Shown in pieces: positions 1 to 16,591 of a stretch of 64,000 nucleotides of DNA. Location of the stretch: contig NC_134029.1 of the NCBI RefSeq assembly GCF_964204645.1, positions 868,001-932,000 of the forward strand, written 5' to 3'. The notes beneath the pieces were generated by a model. The model saw only the letters and a list, made by a program, of their open reading frames with translations. It had not been told where the DNA came from and ran no database searches. The position numbers were made by a program, and so were the translations under genes. The number at the start of each line of letters is the position of its first letter. The first letter of the stretch is position 1. Origin of the DNA: Tubulanus polymorphus (taxonomy: Eukaryota; Animalia; Nemertea).

Positions 1-157
1 GTGTATAAGCTAGGCGTTCGTATGTGTACTATCCCAGGTAATCTATCGTTCGTCTGACAGTAATTATGTGACAGATTGTATATGGATAATAAAAGTATTA
101 AACCCTATACATTGATTTTTATGTGTTAAAATATAAAGATCTCATTTCACTATTCAG

Positions 158-700
158 AATTCACTGATTCAATATGGTTGACAAGTACAGTGGCGGTTTC
201 GCTTCATTCAGTAATTTCAACAGTTGTTTTACTGGAAACACAAGGTTTTCAACACAAATATAGCAGAAACTTTTCGTTATTGTTACATTGAATGTGCTTA
301 TCGAGGATTGAGAGTTCTGTCTATTGGTCCATCTCATGGACATCTGCTGGAGAACGTAATTTATACAGTTGGAAGTGATGTTAAAATTGATCAATTAGAT
401 TGTGTGGAACCAAACACTCATATGTCAGTTGAACTTAATGAACGGATGAGTTTACTGGCCGAATAATTTCTACGATTTACTAAAAGTAAAAAAGAAATTC
501 GTCAATTAACTGACGGCATTTCATAATTCTACGCGGAAAGAGATGTCAGTAAACTAACAGATGATGAACGCCACGATACAAAATATCATTCGTAAATACA
601 CCACAGAAAGTCATGGATTTCCTATAGTTCCAAGCATTGATGAAGCCCATGACAGTCTTATCAAATCAGATCATTAATTGATTCAACAACAATACTTGAA
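158..700 (+). pseudogene. Degraded class I SAM-methyltransferase fragment, histamine N-methyltransferase (HNMT)-like
   Basis: ORF 224..466 has LRVLSIGPSHG (motif I-like) and IDQLDCVEPN, resembling HNMT ILSIGGGAG and VVEPS. In-frame stops occur at 179, 212 and 464, with apparent frameshifts downstream. The 3' boundary is approximate. Confidence 0.45.
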
Positions 701-1256
701 ACATGCATATCAACAGTTAGAAGGAAGGGATCAACCGAATTCGTAAAACCTTACTGAGATCGTCATCGTCCCTGAGCTCACCCTGGCCCAGCCAGCAAGA
801 TCGTAGTATGGGATAGGTGGTGGATGAGAAGACTTAGTGGGGCCACTGATATTTTTTTGCAAAAAAAAATCTAGGCTACAGACCAAAAAGCGATAGGGTG
901 TGTTTTTGGTGAATTTGTGTGGACTATTCTACAATGATATTTACCATCGTGTGCCTGAACCAATCGTCCTATAATCATTCACGCCGGGCACCCGCCCCCA
1001 GGGCTCTAAAAACTGATTGAGCTCCAATCATCGTTGTTTCGCTGCCACGTAGAAAACATGATGATAGTTACAAAATTTGTAAAGAGGCTTTGTAACTGAT
1101 TTTCAGTTGCGGTATCAACATGTTTGGATGCAGTTTAGGGTCCAAAATATCTAATATCATTGACGTAAAGAATACGCGTAGCTCGCAAGAAATCAGTCCA
1201 TTTCTATCTAACCGCATAATTATTTTATCGGTCCGCCCGCCATTCCGCTCTGCATA

Positions 1257-1303
1257 TATAGATGGCGCTCGTTTGTTATGGTAACAGTAACAACCCGGAA
1301 GTG
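1257..1303 (+). promoter_or_regulatory. MORN5 proximal promoter: AGATGGCG (YY1/CTCF-like), X-box-like GTTTGTTATGGTAAC, ETS site CCGGAAGTG
   Basis: Motifs at 1260-1267, 1271-1285 and 1295-1303, just upstream of a putative non-coding exon ending at donor GTAAGT (1382). Confidence 0.5.
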
Positions 1304-1716
1304 TTTTTGAGCAAAATAATTTTTTTTTCTGAACACCGAATTTAATGTCAACACGTCGATAAGGCAGACATCAGGAACACAGTAAGTTTTATTCTGAGTT
1401 CAGAGTATGCGGACGAAAGATCGAAGATCATACTCCGCCCCTTGAAAAGCGCCCTTCTTGTGCTTCCCTAATTTGGCAGGTCCCACCCAGGCCAGAGCAG
1501 AGGGCCAGTCAGTCGTGTGCCAGTGGTATTGCCCAGTCCCAGGCTTTTTTATATCATATTTTCAGAGACGATGACGGCGCAGGTTGGTCGGGTATCAAAT
1601 AAAAAAAAAACATGTTGCGTCAGATTTGGTTTGCATGTCCTGGCGGGAACTTAGTTTCAAGAAGATACCCGAGTAAAAACGTTACATCAAGCCCCTACCC
1701 TCCTGTGTGTGTTTAA

Positions 1717-2301
<585 letters not shown>

Positions 2302-3320
2302 TTATTGAAACTGATGAAAAATTAGTGAATTCGTATTTAAATAATTTCTTTAACATTTGAGGGAAGACATTTTTTGAATCGTTGCAATCGGTTTGTTTGC
2401 TGTACTGGGCAGAGTTTCATGAAAAAAGTTTTATTCAAACTCAAAATGTGTACTTAGTTGCAGGTAGCGGAGGACAATAATTCTAACTAAATTGTTTTAA
2501 GCTTAAAATTTTCAAGCAATTGGTTTCTTGAAGGCAAGAAGCACTAATAACAATGGAGAAGTAGCCGATTTGTATGCACTTCATGCATGGCCCTGAAGAC
2601 AGTTCATTTATTCTAAAACAAAATTTCAAAAATCACTGTTATTGCCTCAATGTTTATTAAATGCATAAATTGATTATTGTTTTGTTATTAAAATGTTTTA
2701 ATTGTAAATAGACTTAAAACCGATTAATTTACTATTGGAATTTATTTATATAAACTGATGATGATGAAAATGGTTGATTTTTTTTTCAATAAAAAATATT
2801 GTTGAATAATAACAGGTTTACTAATGAATTAGTGTTGTCTTAAATGGGAGCAAAGTGGTTCCAGGCAGCAGTAGGATCTATCTCCAGATGCATAGTTTTG
2901 AGTTGAAAAATTAGTCTATAGTTAATCATTGAAACTAATCTCATCTCGTTAATTCAAAGCTGTTAAACTGTTTGCTACTTTGCATTGATAATTACATCAG
3001 TCATGAATATTTCATATTTTTCGAATTTATTTACATCATTTACATATTCATATTTACAATATTCATAATAACCCTTTTAAAGTCAATGAATAAATTTACA
3101 TATATACCTTACATGAAATCACAATTCACATTCAATGCTGCACAGATAGCACATGTCCCTCTGTACAGTGAATATTATAATGACTAGATAAATACGCTTA
3201 ACTGAAAGTATTAACAGTCATCAATGACAATATTTCATTGCTCGCTTCGATGTCATATGTATTAGCGATCTGTTCTTTCGGCAAATCTCATTATTTTTGG
3301 AATGTTCACAATGGTATTCA

Positions 3321-7230
<3,910 letters not shown>

Positions 7231-7826
7231 CTTTAATGTCGAGATTCAACGACAAAATAGAGCTTTTTAAAACAGAGTTTGTAAGTAATTTAATGAATTT
7301 ATTTCCGGGTTTGGCCCAACCAAAGAGAAATGGGTGGCTCCGAGAATATCCACATCGGAGCGTCCATATCGCGGCAGCGCTCTCATAGAGACCAGTCTAT
7401 GGCAGAAGCGGCTTTGCCAACCAGTTAAGGAGTTCAATTAAATTGACAAAACAAAACATTGACAAAATTTGATGACATTCAATAAACGCTAGTGGGCAAG
7501 AAATACATTTTCCCTCGCTCGGCACGGGCTCGAACCCGATACCGCCGTGTACTACCCCACTCAGCAGGCAGCACAACGCCCGGCACCGCCCGGTCCCCAG
7601 GCCGGCCAAGAACTGATTATGTATCGCCGATTCCAGACTAGTCACCGGCAAATCAAAGCGGCCGCCTGTGGTAAGGGAACAATCAAAACGAAAAAAGGAT
7701 GCTCTGAGTTGGATATTCTCGGAGCTACCCCTGATTGCAAGCAGATGGCGCTACCGTACGGTACATCGATAGTCCAGATATCGCTTCCTTCCTTACGGTC
7801 CGTTACGGGTTTTATACTCATCCATC
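7231..7826. promoter_or_regulatory. Bidirectional promoter region between VPS45 and NDUFS4
   Basis: Divergent start codons are separated by 596 nt. The interval is CpG/GC-rich and contains CAGATGGCGCT at 7742-7752. Confidence 0.8.
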
Positions 7827-10800
7827 ATGGCGTCTATCTTAGCTCAACAAATACTGAGGGGAAATAATGTGAAATTAGCAGCAGTTTCTAGGTTTGTATT
7901 TGACATTTTATATTGAATTTCTCCTCAGTCGTTATCTGCATTTCATTTTGCAGCTTGTCGAGTATTTTCATGATTTTCTGAGCTATTTTTATGTCTGACA
8001 GGACAGATCAAAAGTGGATTAATTTGGGTCGCAATCTTTGACTTTGTCGTCAGTCAGTGATTTAGTGAATAATGTCAGTTGGTTGAATCTATGAATTGTT
8101 GATTGTTTTTAGGGCTGTTTCTTTGTCGGCTAATTTTCGCTCGACTCAAAATTTGAACGAAGAAGAAAGAAGAATCGCTGCTTCAATTAAAGATGAACAT
8201 CAGTTGATTGAGGTTCCTGAGAAAGTAAGAGTAGAACAGACAGAGCAATTAAAAGATTTATTTCAAAAGTTTTCACTGAGTCAGTGACAGCAGGCTTACA
8301 GTATAGAGAGCTAGAGAAAACTGATGGCCTGATCTGTTTACTACTGATGACACTGCAGGGTCTGATCTAAGGAATGAAAGCCACTTGCCCGGGGGGCAAG
8401 CATATCTGAAATTTCGCTTGCCCCCTCCAAAAACTACTTGCCCTACACAGGCAGTCCGATTGGTGGCGCTATCATCCGTTGTATCGAGTGGGAAAAAAGC
8501 TTTGTGATATAAAATTGCACAAGACCGGGGGACAAGTGATAATGATAACCTACTTGCCCTGATGAGAATATACTTGTCCCGGGCAATCGGACAAGTGATT
8601 AGATCGAACCCTGCGCTGACAGGTCTTGGAGAATGCAACCTGCAGTGCCGTGCCTGCTAAAGAGATTGAAAAACCAATTTCCGAGACGTCCAAAATTTGT
8701 AGGTTTTAACGATCACTTTCTCGACAAAAAGTGAAAGCTCAACTCAATGGTACCGGTGGAAAAACTACCACTGAAGCTGCTTTTTCAACCTCCCTCATTC
8801 TACGCGGGGGTGTTATATAGGGAGGAGGTCCCCATTCAAGCGATGAGGATATAGACGATAATTTTCATTTTAATATCAGACAATGATAGACTATGTTTAA
8901 TTACAGATGGATATCACAACTCTCAGCGGCGTCCCCGAGGAACATATTAAGAATCGCCAGGTGCGAATATTTTGCCCGGCGAGGAACGCGATGCAGAGTG
9001 GATCCCGTGGAACTCGTAAATGGAGGATAGAATTTGAGACAAGGGAGCGTTGGGAAAATCCCCTGATGGGCTGGACATCTACGTAAGTGTGAAATCGTTT
9101 TAATGAAAGTTTTCGTAAAGGAATCAGAAATTCAAATCAAAAGTTAAATGATCAATGTTTCAGACCTGACAATGCTCTAGAGAGAATCGAAACATTTTTT
9201 GATGTTTGATTTATGATTTTAATTAATGAATTTCAGTTTTTAATCTCTTAAATATTTGTATCTGTTATCAGTCTTATTAGGGAGCATCTCAAAATTTCAA
9301 TAGTTGCATCAATTAGAAAAACTGTCTCATTCTTTCTTACAACCCCACCCCCCTTTGATTAGACACATGCCAAAGTTGGAACTATTGATTTTCTAATGAG
9401 AGACCACAGACAAAGATAAGACGTTCTCACGGGTGTATTTCGATCACAACTTTTAATTAGAAAATGAAATAGCAAAATTACAAGTGGAAAACCTATTGAA
9501 AAGTTATTCTAATTGAAGTAACTATCGAAATTTTGAGATGCTCCCTTATCTATTCTCAACATCTGAGTGTACATGACCTATTCCGCTAATTTTGAAAATT
9601 TGGTTTAGTTTTAAAATAAGTTAATGAATAAGTTGCCTAGAATTGCATCTTAGAGAAATTGAATAACTGTAGACTGTCGGATACGATTTATTGAGAAATA
9701 ACTGTAAGACAAGAAATGATCCAACGCCGTGATTGAATCGTGATTTATTTAGAAGCAACTGTAAGATCTGTTTCTCCTGACAATTTGGAGAATATGAACA
9801 ATGTTGAGGCTATATCGTTTATGCATTTATAGATTTATTGTTTAAAGAACTCTTCAAACTTTCTGGCAATTTGTCATTTTCTGATTGAAACAATGGTGAT
9901 GAAATTCTAATAAAAACTAGCTGTTCTCTGGACAAATATTATATCAGTTCTTAGCTGATTATTTATTTAAGGAAATTGTAACATCAATCAAATGAATAAT
10001 GATGATAATAATTTACCTTTATCCGAGTTTATTATGAAATAAAGAAGTCCATAGTAGTCTTCTTTGCTGGGACCAGTTTCACTAAAAAATCTAAATCCTA
10101 AGTTTTGGTTAAATTTGTATGTTATCAATGAGGACAACAATTCAAATGTGACCAATTTCAGCTTTTTCATAAAACTTGTCTTTTTTGGTTTTTCATGTAC
10201 ATCAGCTTCAGGCTAATTTTGATAATAGCAACAAAATCGCTCGTTTGAGCAGAATAATGGTTTGAATTCTCCTGTAGGATAGGGTGCCTCCCCCTAAACT
10301 CGAGGCATAAATCAGATGTGTAAATCATACCCTAAACCCAAGGCTCCCTGTCTATATTGGTTGGTAATCTTTCTGACGATATTTCTGTGACACATTGTTT
10401 TTATAACCTGTTCGTTTGATTTCCGTATATAATAAACTTCACCCCCGTTAGTTCCCTCTCTCCCTCTCTCTCTCTCTCTCTCTACTTCATCTGTTAAACT
10501 AATATTGACCAAGCAGTAAAAGCCTAATGGATGCTGATTAGAACATGAGTTACACAACTCTAGATCATTATGACACCAGCTTATTGAGAATCAAGAGAAA
10601 ACGAAAGATTTTCTACTCGTTTCGCCTTTTAATGATAAAACAAATATAACGAGACAAAGACTGTATTTTTTAAATAACCATTTTTGAATGACTTCTAGAA
10701 TTGCAAATTTATTTCGTTATTTTCAATTTTCAGCGCTGATCCTCTTTCTAATATGAATGTGGATTTTCTGACAGCGGAAGATGCTGCTGAATTCTGTGAA

Positions 10801-11293
10801 AGAAATGGTAATGTCTCTTCATTTGAATTCAAATATACGCGAGCGATTAACCCTTTCAGTGCGTCTACACCGCAGTGCGGTGTATAAATCAGTGATGGAT
10901 TTTGCTAGTACACCGCACTGCGGTGTATTGATGTAATTAGTAATTTGTAATTATCTCTATTGAAAAATGGCAGCAAGTGTCAAACATAGTGAAATAATAG
11001 TAACTAACGATACACCGCACAACGGTGTAGACGCACTATAGTGGTATTCCCATTGTTCAACACAGTAGGGTGGAATTTTTGAGAATTTTCAAATTTTCTC
11101 CAGCACTATAGGGTATTAATTAGTCAGCACTGAAAGGGTTAAGGAAATATGTCTTTATTTGGGTTTTCTTTATTTCCTTATGAACGTAGGTTGGCAATAC
11201 CATATAGAAGAAAAGAGGCTACCGAAATATAAAGTGAAGTCTTACGGAGCCAATTTCGCTTGGGATCGACGAACCAGGAAATCAACCAAGTAG
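7827..11293 (+). CDS. NDUFS4: NADH:ubiquinone oxidoreductase subunit S4 (18 kDa), 5 exons, 176 aa
   Basis: Exons 7827-7891, 8113-8224, 8907-9082, 10734-10807, 11190-11293. Protein has a mitochondrial presequence, then [43 protein letters not shown] and [18 protein letters not shown]. Confidence 0.97.
8356..8613. mobile_element. MITE with CAGGGT termini and ~5-bp TSD in NDUFS4 intron 2
   Basis: TIRs CAGGGTCTGATCTA / TAGATCGAACCCTG; flanks CACTG and CGCTG; repeated subterminal ACTTGCCC motifs. Confidence 0.7.
9280..9545. mobile_element. PIF/Harbinger-like MITE in NDUFS4 intron 3
   Basis: TIRs GGGAGCATCTCAAAATTTC / GAAATTTTGAGATGCTCCC, extending imperfectly to ~40 bp; TTA duplicated on both sides. 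Confidence 0.85.
10067..10181. repeat. Copy of a ~110-135 bp dispersed fold-back family (ggnccagtttcac...tttcatgaaact); cleanest copy 40164..40297, others e.g. ~2406-2527
   Basis: Shared terminal motif CCAGTTTCAC/ATGAAA and its inverse at the other end. Confidence 0.55.
10851..11138. mobile_element. piggyBac-type MITE in NDUFS4 intron 4
   Basis: TTAA TSD at 10847-10850 and 11139-11142; 12-bp TIR CCCTTTCAGTGC / GCACTGAAAGGG; internal TACACCGCANTGCGGTGTA palindromes. Confidence 0.92.
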
Positions 11294-12185
11294 AAAACTA
11301 CAAGATATGAATGGAACCTATTTAAAATCCTGTTTTGTAGATGTACGGTAGCCTGTTAGGTGTTTATTGTTTGTAAATAAAAATACGGATATATAAAACT
11401 CTTCTGGTATATTTGTGAATTTCTTAAATAAAACTTAAATGAGAGAGAGGTACCGGTTAACGCCACCAGATGGCATGTGTGTTTATTTCGATAAAATCTG
11501 AACTGATCCAAATTCACTGTACATATGTTATCAAGATTCGTTTCCGGTGTTTTGTGTAGTTTTCTATTCGTAACTGAATAAGTTAAATGCAATTCTGAGG
11601 CTTTGAGGAGCGGTAAACCAATTTACCACTAGCGACACCTGGTTGGTCCTCGCTCGCGATAGTAACCGTCTGTAATATACGACCGAGGTCCAGTCGTTCA
11701 GCCGAAATTAGTTTCAAGGCTCCAGATTGGTCTGAAGTCGTGAAGTAAAGTTGATTTACAGAAACCTAGATGGTAACTGACCCCGGGTATATCGAATACG
11801 ACCTCTTCCGGTACAACGCTTCCGCTTCAGGTAGGTTGAATGAATGATGGCAGTGCGCCGAGCGAGACGATCGAGGGGATGACAGTTACTGAATGCGAAT
11901 AATGAAGAACTGTCTGAGAGGAGCAGCGCAACTGGTGGTTCTTGCCTCCCACGCACACTCCTACTCTAGTCTAGCGCTTCATCAGACATGTTATCAATAA
12001 GGGAAAATGTGCGACACATTCAGTTACACCCTTTACTTCATACTTCATCATCTTAAACTGTGTTATCATCATCGACAGTCAACGAGTAGGCGTTGTATTT
12101 GACTAGGAATCTGCCACTTGAAATACAAAGCTTTTTTTAAACCTGGGTGTATAACGTTAGATATGGAAATATGAACTTATGAAAA

Positions 12186-12330
12186 GATCCATTTTCCCTC
12201 GACTGAGTGGGATTGAAACCTGACCGTGAAGATTCTGGTACGTTCAGTCTCACTCTACTGACATCGGGATTCGAACCCGGGGCATCATGACTTAAGGCAC
12301 GGTAAAGCCCGTAGTCGCTCGTAGTGACAA
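12186..12330 (-). mobile_element. tRNA-derived SINE-like remnant with two B-box-like motifs
   Basis: Minus strand GGTTCGAATCCC (12266-12277) and GGTTTCAATCCC (12209-12220), followed by CGAGGGAAAATG, a motif shared with 7506-7517. Confidence 0.45.
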
Positions 12331-15300
12331 TGGTTATATATTTCAGGAGGGAAATATCAGTTTCATTTGAACTCCTGCTTATAGTCTTTTTAACCATTAG
12401 GCTTTTTGATAGAATACGTGAAATGCGTCTCGCTCCGAATCTCCGGATAATTAACGTTCTAAGCCGATCAACCTACGGTTCAGACAAACAGGCAGCTGAC
12501 GAAACAGATTATTACAGAAAACAAGTCTCCCCGGGTCCGGTCTCGTGAAAATGTTTAAGCTCAAATCGGTTAAGTCTGAATTGTTTTCCTCGTTGACAAT
12601 GTTTTTTTCAAAATACATGTGAATTAAATGAATAAAACTACACTGTCCCTCGCCAAGAGTTATTAGGTTGGTGCTTAATCTCAAGATAATCAATTTAAGT
12701 ATTACGACAGGATATCATATTAATCTCCGATTTCATCGAATATCCAGCTGCCGCTGGTATGTACAGTTATGATGACAAAGTGGGTGAAATGGATTCTGAT
12801 AGAAGTCTCCGAGAGTCTGTCTTAAAAATGCAGCAACGCGATCAAAGGTAAGAGATGTGTCTTTTTCTGTTCTCCTCGTCAGAGCGCAGCGGCGACAAAA
12901 ATGCCAAAAGTTACGGCAACGAATACGTGTCGCAGTGTTTTAGTAGATTATCGTCATATTAATGGACGTTTTGAGAGGTTAATGTAACTTCAACGGCATC
13001 CTTTTCAATCCATTCACCGATCTGTAGGCGGCAGGCGAAGCGGTGGATATGACTTCTGATATTTTCTGACGATCGACACAAGTATTCATTCGGCGATCGT
13101 TTTCTATTTTATAGACCTATCAAGCTGTGTTCCTAAAAGAATAAAAAATTGATCGCATGATTTATTCGCACAATTTCTTACGCGCGTCATGATTTTTTTT
13201 TTTCATTAGGAAAATATTTTTCGTCCGGAATTGAACATTACGACGTCGGATCGTCGATCGAGGCTACAGAAATTCTACCGCAATTAGAAAGATTCGAATA
13301 GATTGTAGTCCGTGTACACATCAAACAATATCAAACTAAGAAAAATATGAAAATGTCAGAGTTGAATAAACCAAACAAGTCGGTGACGCATTGATCTGAC
13401 GAACATGAAGCCGGAGAAACGACACTTTTTACGTCAGTTTTGCGTGACCAACTGCGACTACGATTATTCTTGCATTTGTCTAGACGGTCATAACAAGACA
13501 AGAAAATTATTTCTCTCTCACAAAAAAATTAACGAAAATAAACTCTATCTTTGTTTGAGTTCGCTTTATTTTTTTCGAGCTCGCGGCAAATTGAAGAATG
13601 AAAAATCTAGCATGACGTCAGATGAATCTAAATTTAAAACAGCATATTGTATTTATAGTTTGAAGCCAAAAATGGTTTCGGTTTGAAATGACCATTCGAC
13701 ATGGAAAAAGACAAATAGTTTGAATCCGTTTGTATGCTAGAATAAGGTGTTTTTCTGCCCAGACGATCAGGCGTTTCAGGTGCTTCTAGTTCACAGAGAG
13801 GACACATTCAAATTGTGTAAACTATTTTCGTGTAAGTATTATTAATTATATTCTCGACAGCTCAATCGCTTCGAAACAAGAAAGACAACCTTCTGAACTT
13901 CTTGAACTATCCGATTTTTTCTAGGAATCCCTATTTTAAAAAATCTGATGAACCAGTACATGCTCTGTAACATGCAAATATGTAATCGAGAATTCAAGAA
14001 TTTGAACCAGGGTCCAGTTAAAGAGAATAAATCATTATCATTAATACTACTTTTGGAGTTTGACTAAGGAATCTGCCCCTGGGGCTCGGGGTCAATTGCG
14101 GTAGCGTGACTTAAGTCCAAAACTTGTATTATATCTTAACAACGTTCTTAGGTTTGTAAGATTTAAAACTGAGTCTTAAGTCTAAGCTATGACTATGGAA
14201 CCGAGAAGAGTTAATCTTTCAGATCGATTTGGCGCTTATTTATCCTGTATTTGGTTACACACCGATCACTGACGGAACGAACCCGGTTAAAAGCCACGGC
14301 GTAAAAAAAAGATGAATTTGGCGACAAGAACTTCCTACCTACATCATTGATGCCAGGAATGTGCAAATTTTCACGCTAAATTAAATACGGTGTTTGGGAA
14401 ATTACTGTTGCGTAAAGAAAAGAAGTTTGCGCTCATTGTGGGGTCTTTGACTACACGCGCCGTTTGTCTGGAGAGAGTGCACTCTATATCCGTCTATAAA
14501 CTAGCTTTTAAAAATATGTCTTAAATATTGGAAATGAACTAGATTTTTTGCAAGACGATACAATCCTTCAAGACGAACTTTGTTTTCATTGACTTACATA
14601 GTTTTCGGGCGTTTGAACGGTTCGTAGAAAAATTCTTATTCCTCTCTGTTGATACTTATACGGATATCGATGCTTGGAAAAGTGCGAATGAATACGAACG
14701 TTTTGTTAAATCAATTGAGCGCAATTAAAAATATGCGAGAGTTTCGAATTTCGAGCGAACGTACTTGCGGTTAATGAGAAGGCTTGAAACAGCGGTCGCG
14801 GTCGTGTGTCTAGACACAATGAGTATTTCTTGGAATCGTCTTCTCAAGGGTCCAGCGTAGTAAACACTTGCGATGGATCAAACGCGTACGTTTAGATGGC
14901 TCAGGAGTGCCCCTAAAGTGCTAAGCCCACCCCACACTCGTAGAACCATTATCCGGTATAAACACCCAATTCCTAGATCTCCTAGTGTAGAAAAACTATA
15001 GAAAGAAGATCAGAGTATTTTAACTTATTCTCGTAGCAGAGAACGCTCCATCGAATTCTATCTTTTCTATTTCTTTTCTTCGTAAGTCAGTAGAAATATT
15101 CATAGCTATCGAAGAAGTGAAGTGAAAATAAAGAAAATTAGCTGTTGTTTCAAATGAAGTCTCCGTCTTCAAACAATTCTTCAATCATCTTATGCAGTAA
15201 TATTTCACAAACTGCTGTGGTATAGATCCAGATGTGACGAGTGATATCTAAACTATGTGTGGGTCTGATTGTTTACTTACTACAAGTTTAATCACATGTT

Positions 15301-16324
15301 ATCAAAAATACTTTATAATCTTTATATATTTTTGACGATATCCGTATATTGTCTGTGCCATGACGAAGCTACTAAGATACTGAAGGCCGTGCTGGATTTA
15401 TGATGACGTCACTGTATGTATGACGTCACGATGTCTATATTATATTGAATGAAGAGTTAAATGAACTAGTTCTCGAGATACGGAGAGGTCCGAGTTCTTG
15501 AGATGTGGCGCGAGAGGTCTCTCTCCGAATGAAGCAAGCTCTCGAGATTCCTCGGATTGTATAGGAATAACTTGGATCCATTTCCAAAGATTTGACTCAA
15601 ATGTCAAATGTAACCGTGAACTGTGGAACCGGATTCAGTGTTTTCTGAGTCGGTCGTCACAAACTCGATTTCTCCCTATCATCAGCCATACTTAACGACC
15701 TAAAGTTCAGTATTTACTGAACCTGGTCAGCTTAAACAGTTCACAGTTATGATGTCAGGCGATGAAGACAATCTCATCCGGATTCGGTTGAAGTCGGAAG
15801 TCGGTCATGTAGTGCATGTATAGAAACGCCATTTTCCTGTCAAAACTTCCTTCTTACGATGTACATTTTCAACGAGGACTCACAAATTCTCACTTCCTAT
15901 ACTTGACAAGATAGACCCGCACCCACCCCCAGCGCTGGTCTATCCCAAGAATTTGTAATCCAACAAAAATGAATTATTCAAGAATTGAAAGGTTTCCCAG
16001 AATCACTAGTTAGAAATGGTTTCTAAACATCACTCGGAATTTTTCTTTTGAGACCTTTCGATTTCCTTTTATGTCGCGTCGCAATTTTTCGCGTCGAGTC
16101 AATGACGCATAATAAAGTGTACGAGACCGAATTAGATGAACTTGGTCAAATGGAGGTCATTGGACCATTCTTCGCAGACAAGCCAGACATTAAATGTCTA
16201 AATATGGTGTTGTGTTATCTTAATAAATCGGTCAATGGATAACCTTATATCTGATATCATAGTAATCCTGCGGCGGGACGTTTGCCAAAATTGTCGACTG
16301 AATTCGGATGACACGCCTTGACAT

Positions 16325-16470
16325 TGACCAATCAGCGAAGCCTGGTTGAATCCGTCGACGACTGATTGGCTCGAGATATGATCGCCAGCAAATCAGCGCG
16401 TGGGAGCGATTTCTGCGAGCTCACACACGTAAATATAACCTCGATTTGCTGCCGTAAACATTTTAGTATC
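16325..16470 (+). promoter_or_regulatory. Follistatin core promoter: two CCAAT boxes, TATA and Inr
   Basis: CCAAT 16328-16332, ATTGG 16365-16369, TATAA 16434-16438, TTAGT Inr-like at 16463-16467 about 30 nt downstream; ATG at 16592. Confidence 0.65.
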
Positions 16471-16591
16471 AGAACTTTTCATCAACTATATCTATTACTT
16501 ACTGGTGTTGTACCTGGATCCATCTGTTAGTTTTACACGACGAATATTTCATCATCATTGAACAGACGATTTAATAACGAACCGAACGACA

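Noticed and set aside
7397-7867. Overlapping ORFs of 84 and 106 aa in the divergent promoter
   Set aside because: Non-ATG starts in GC-rich promoter DNA with no recognisable domain.
11843-11917. C/D snoRNA-like layout (ATGATGG..CTGA..ATGAAGA..CTGA)
   Set aside because: Imperfect C box, no terminal stem, not intronic, and no rRNA target that I could recognise.
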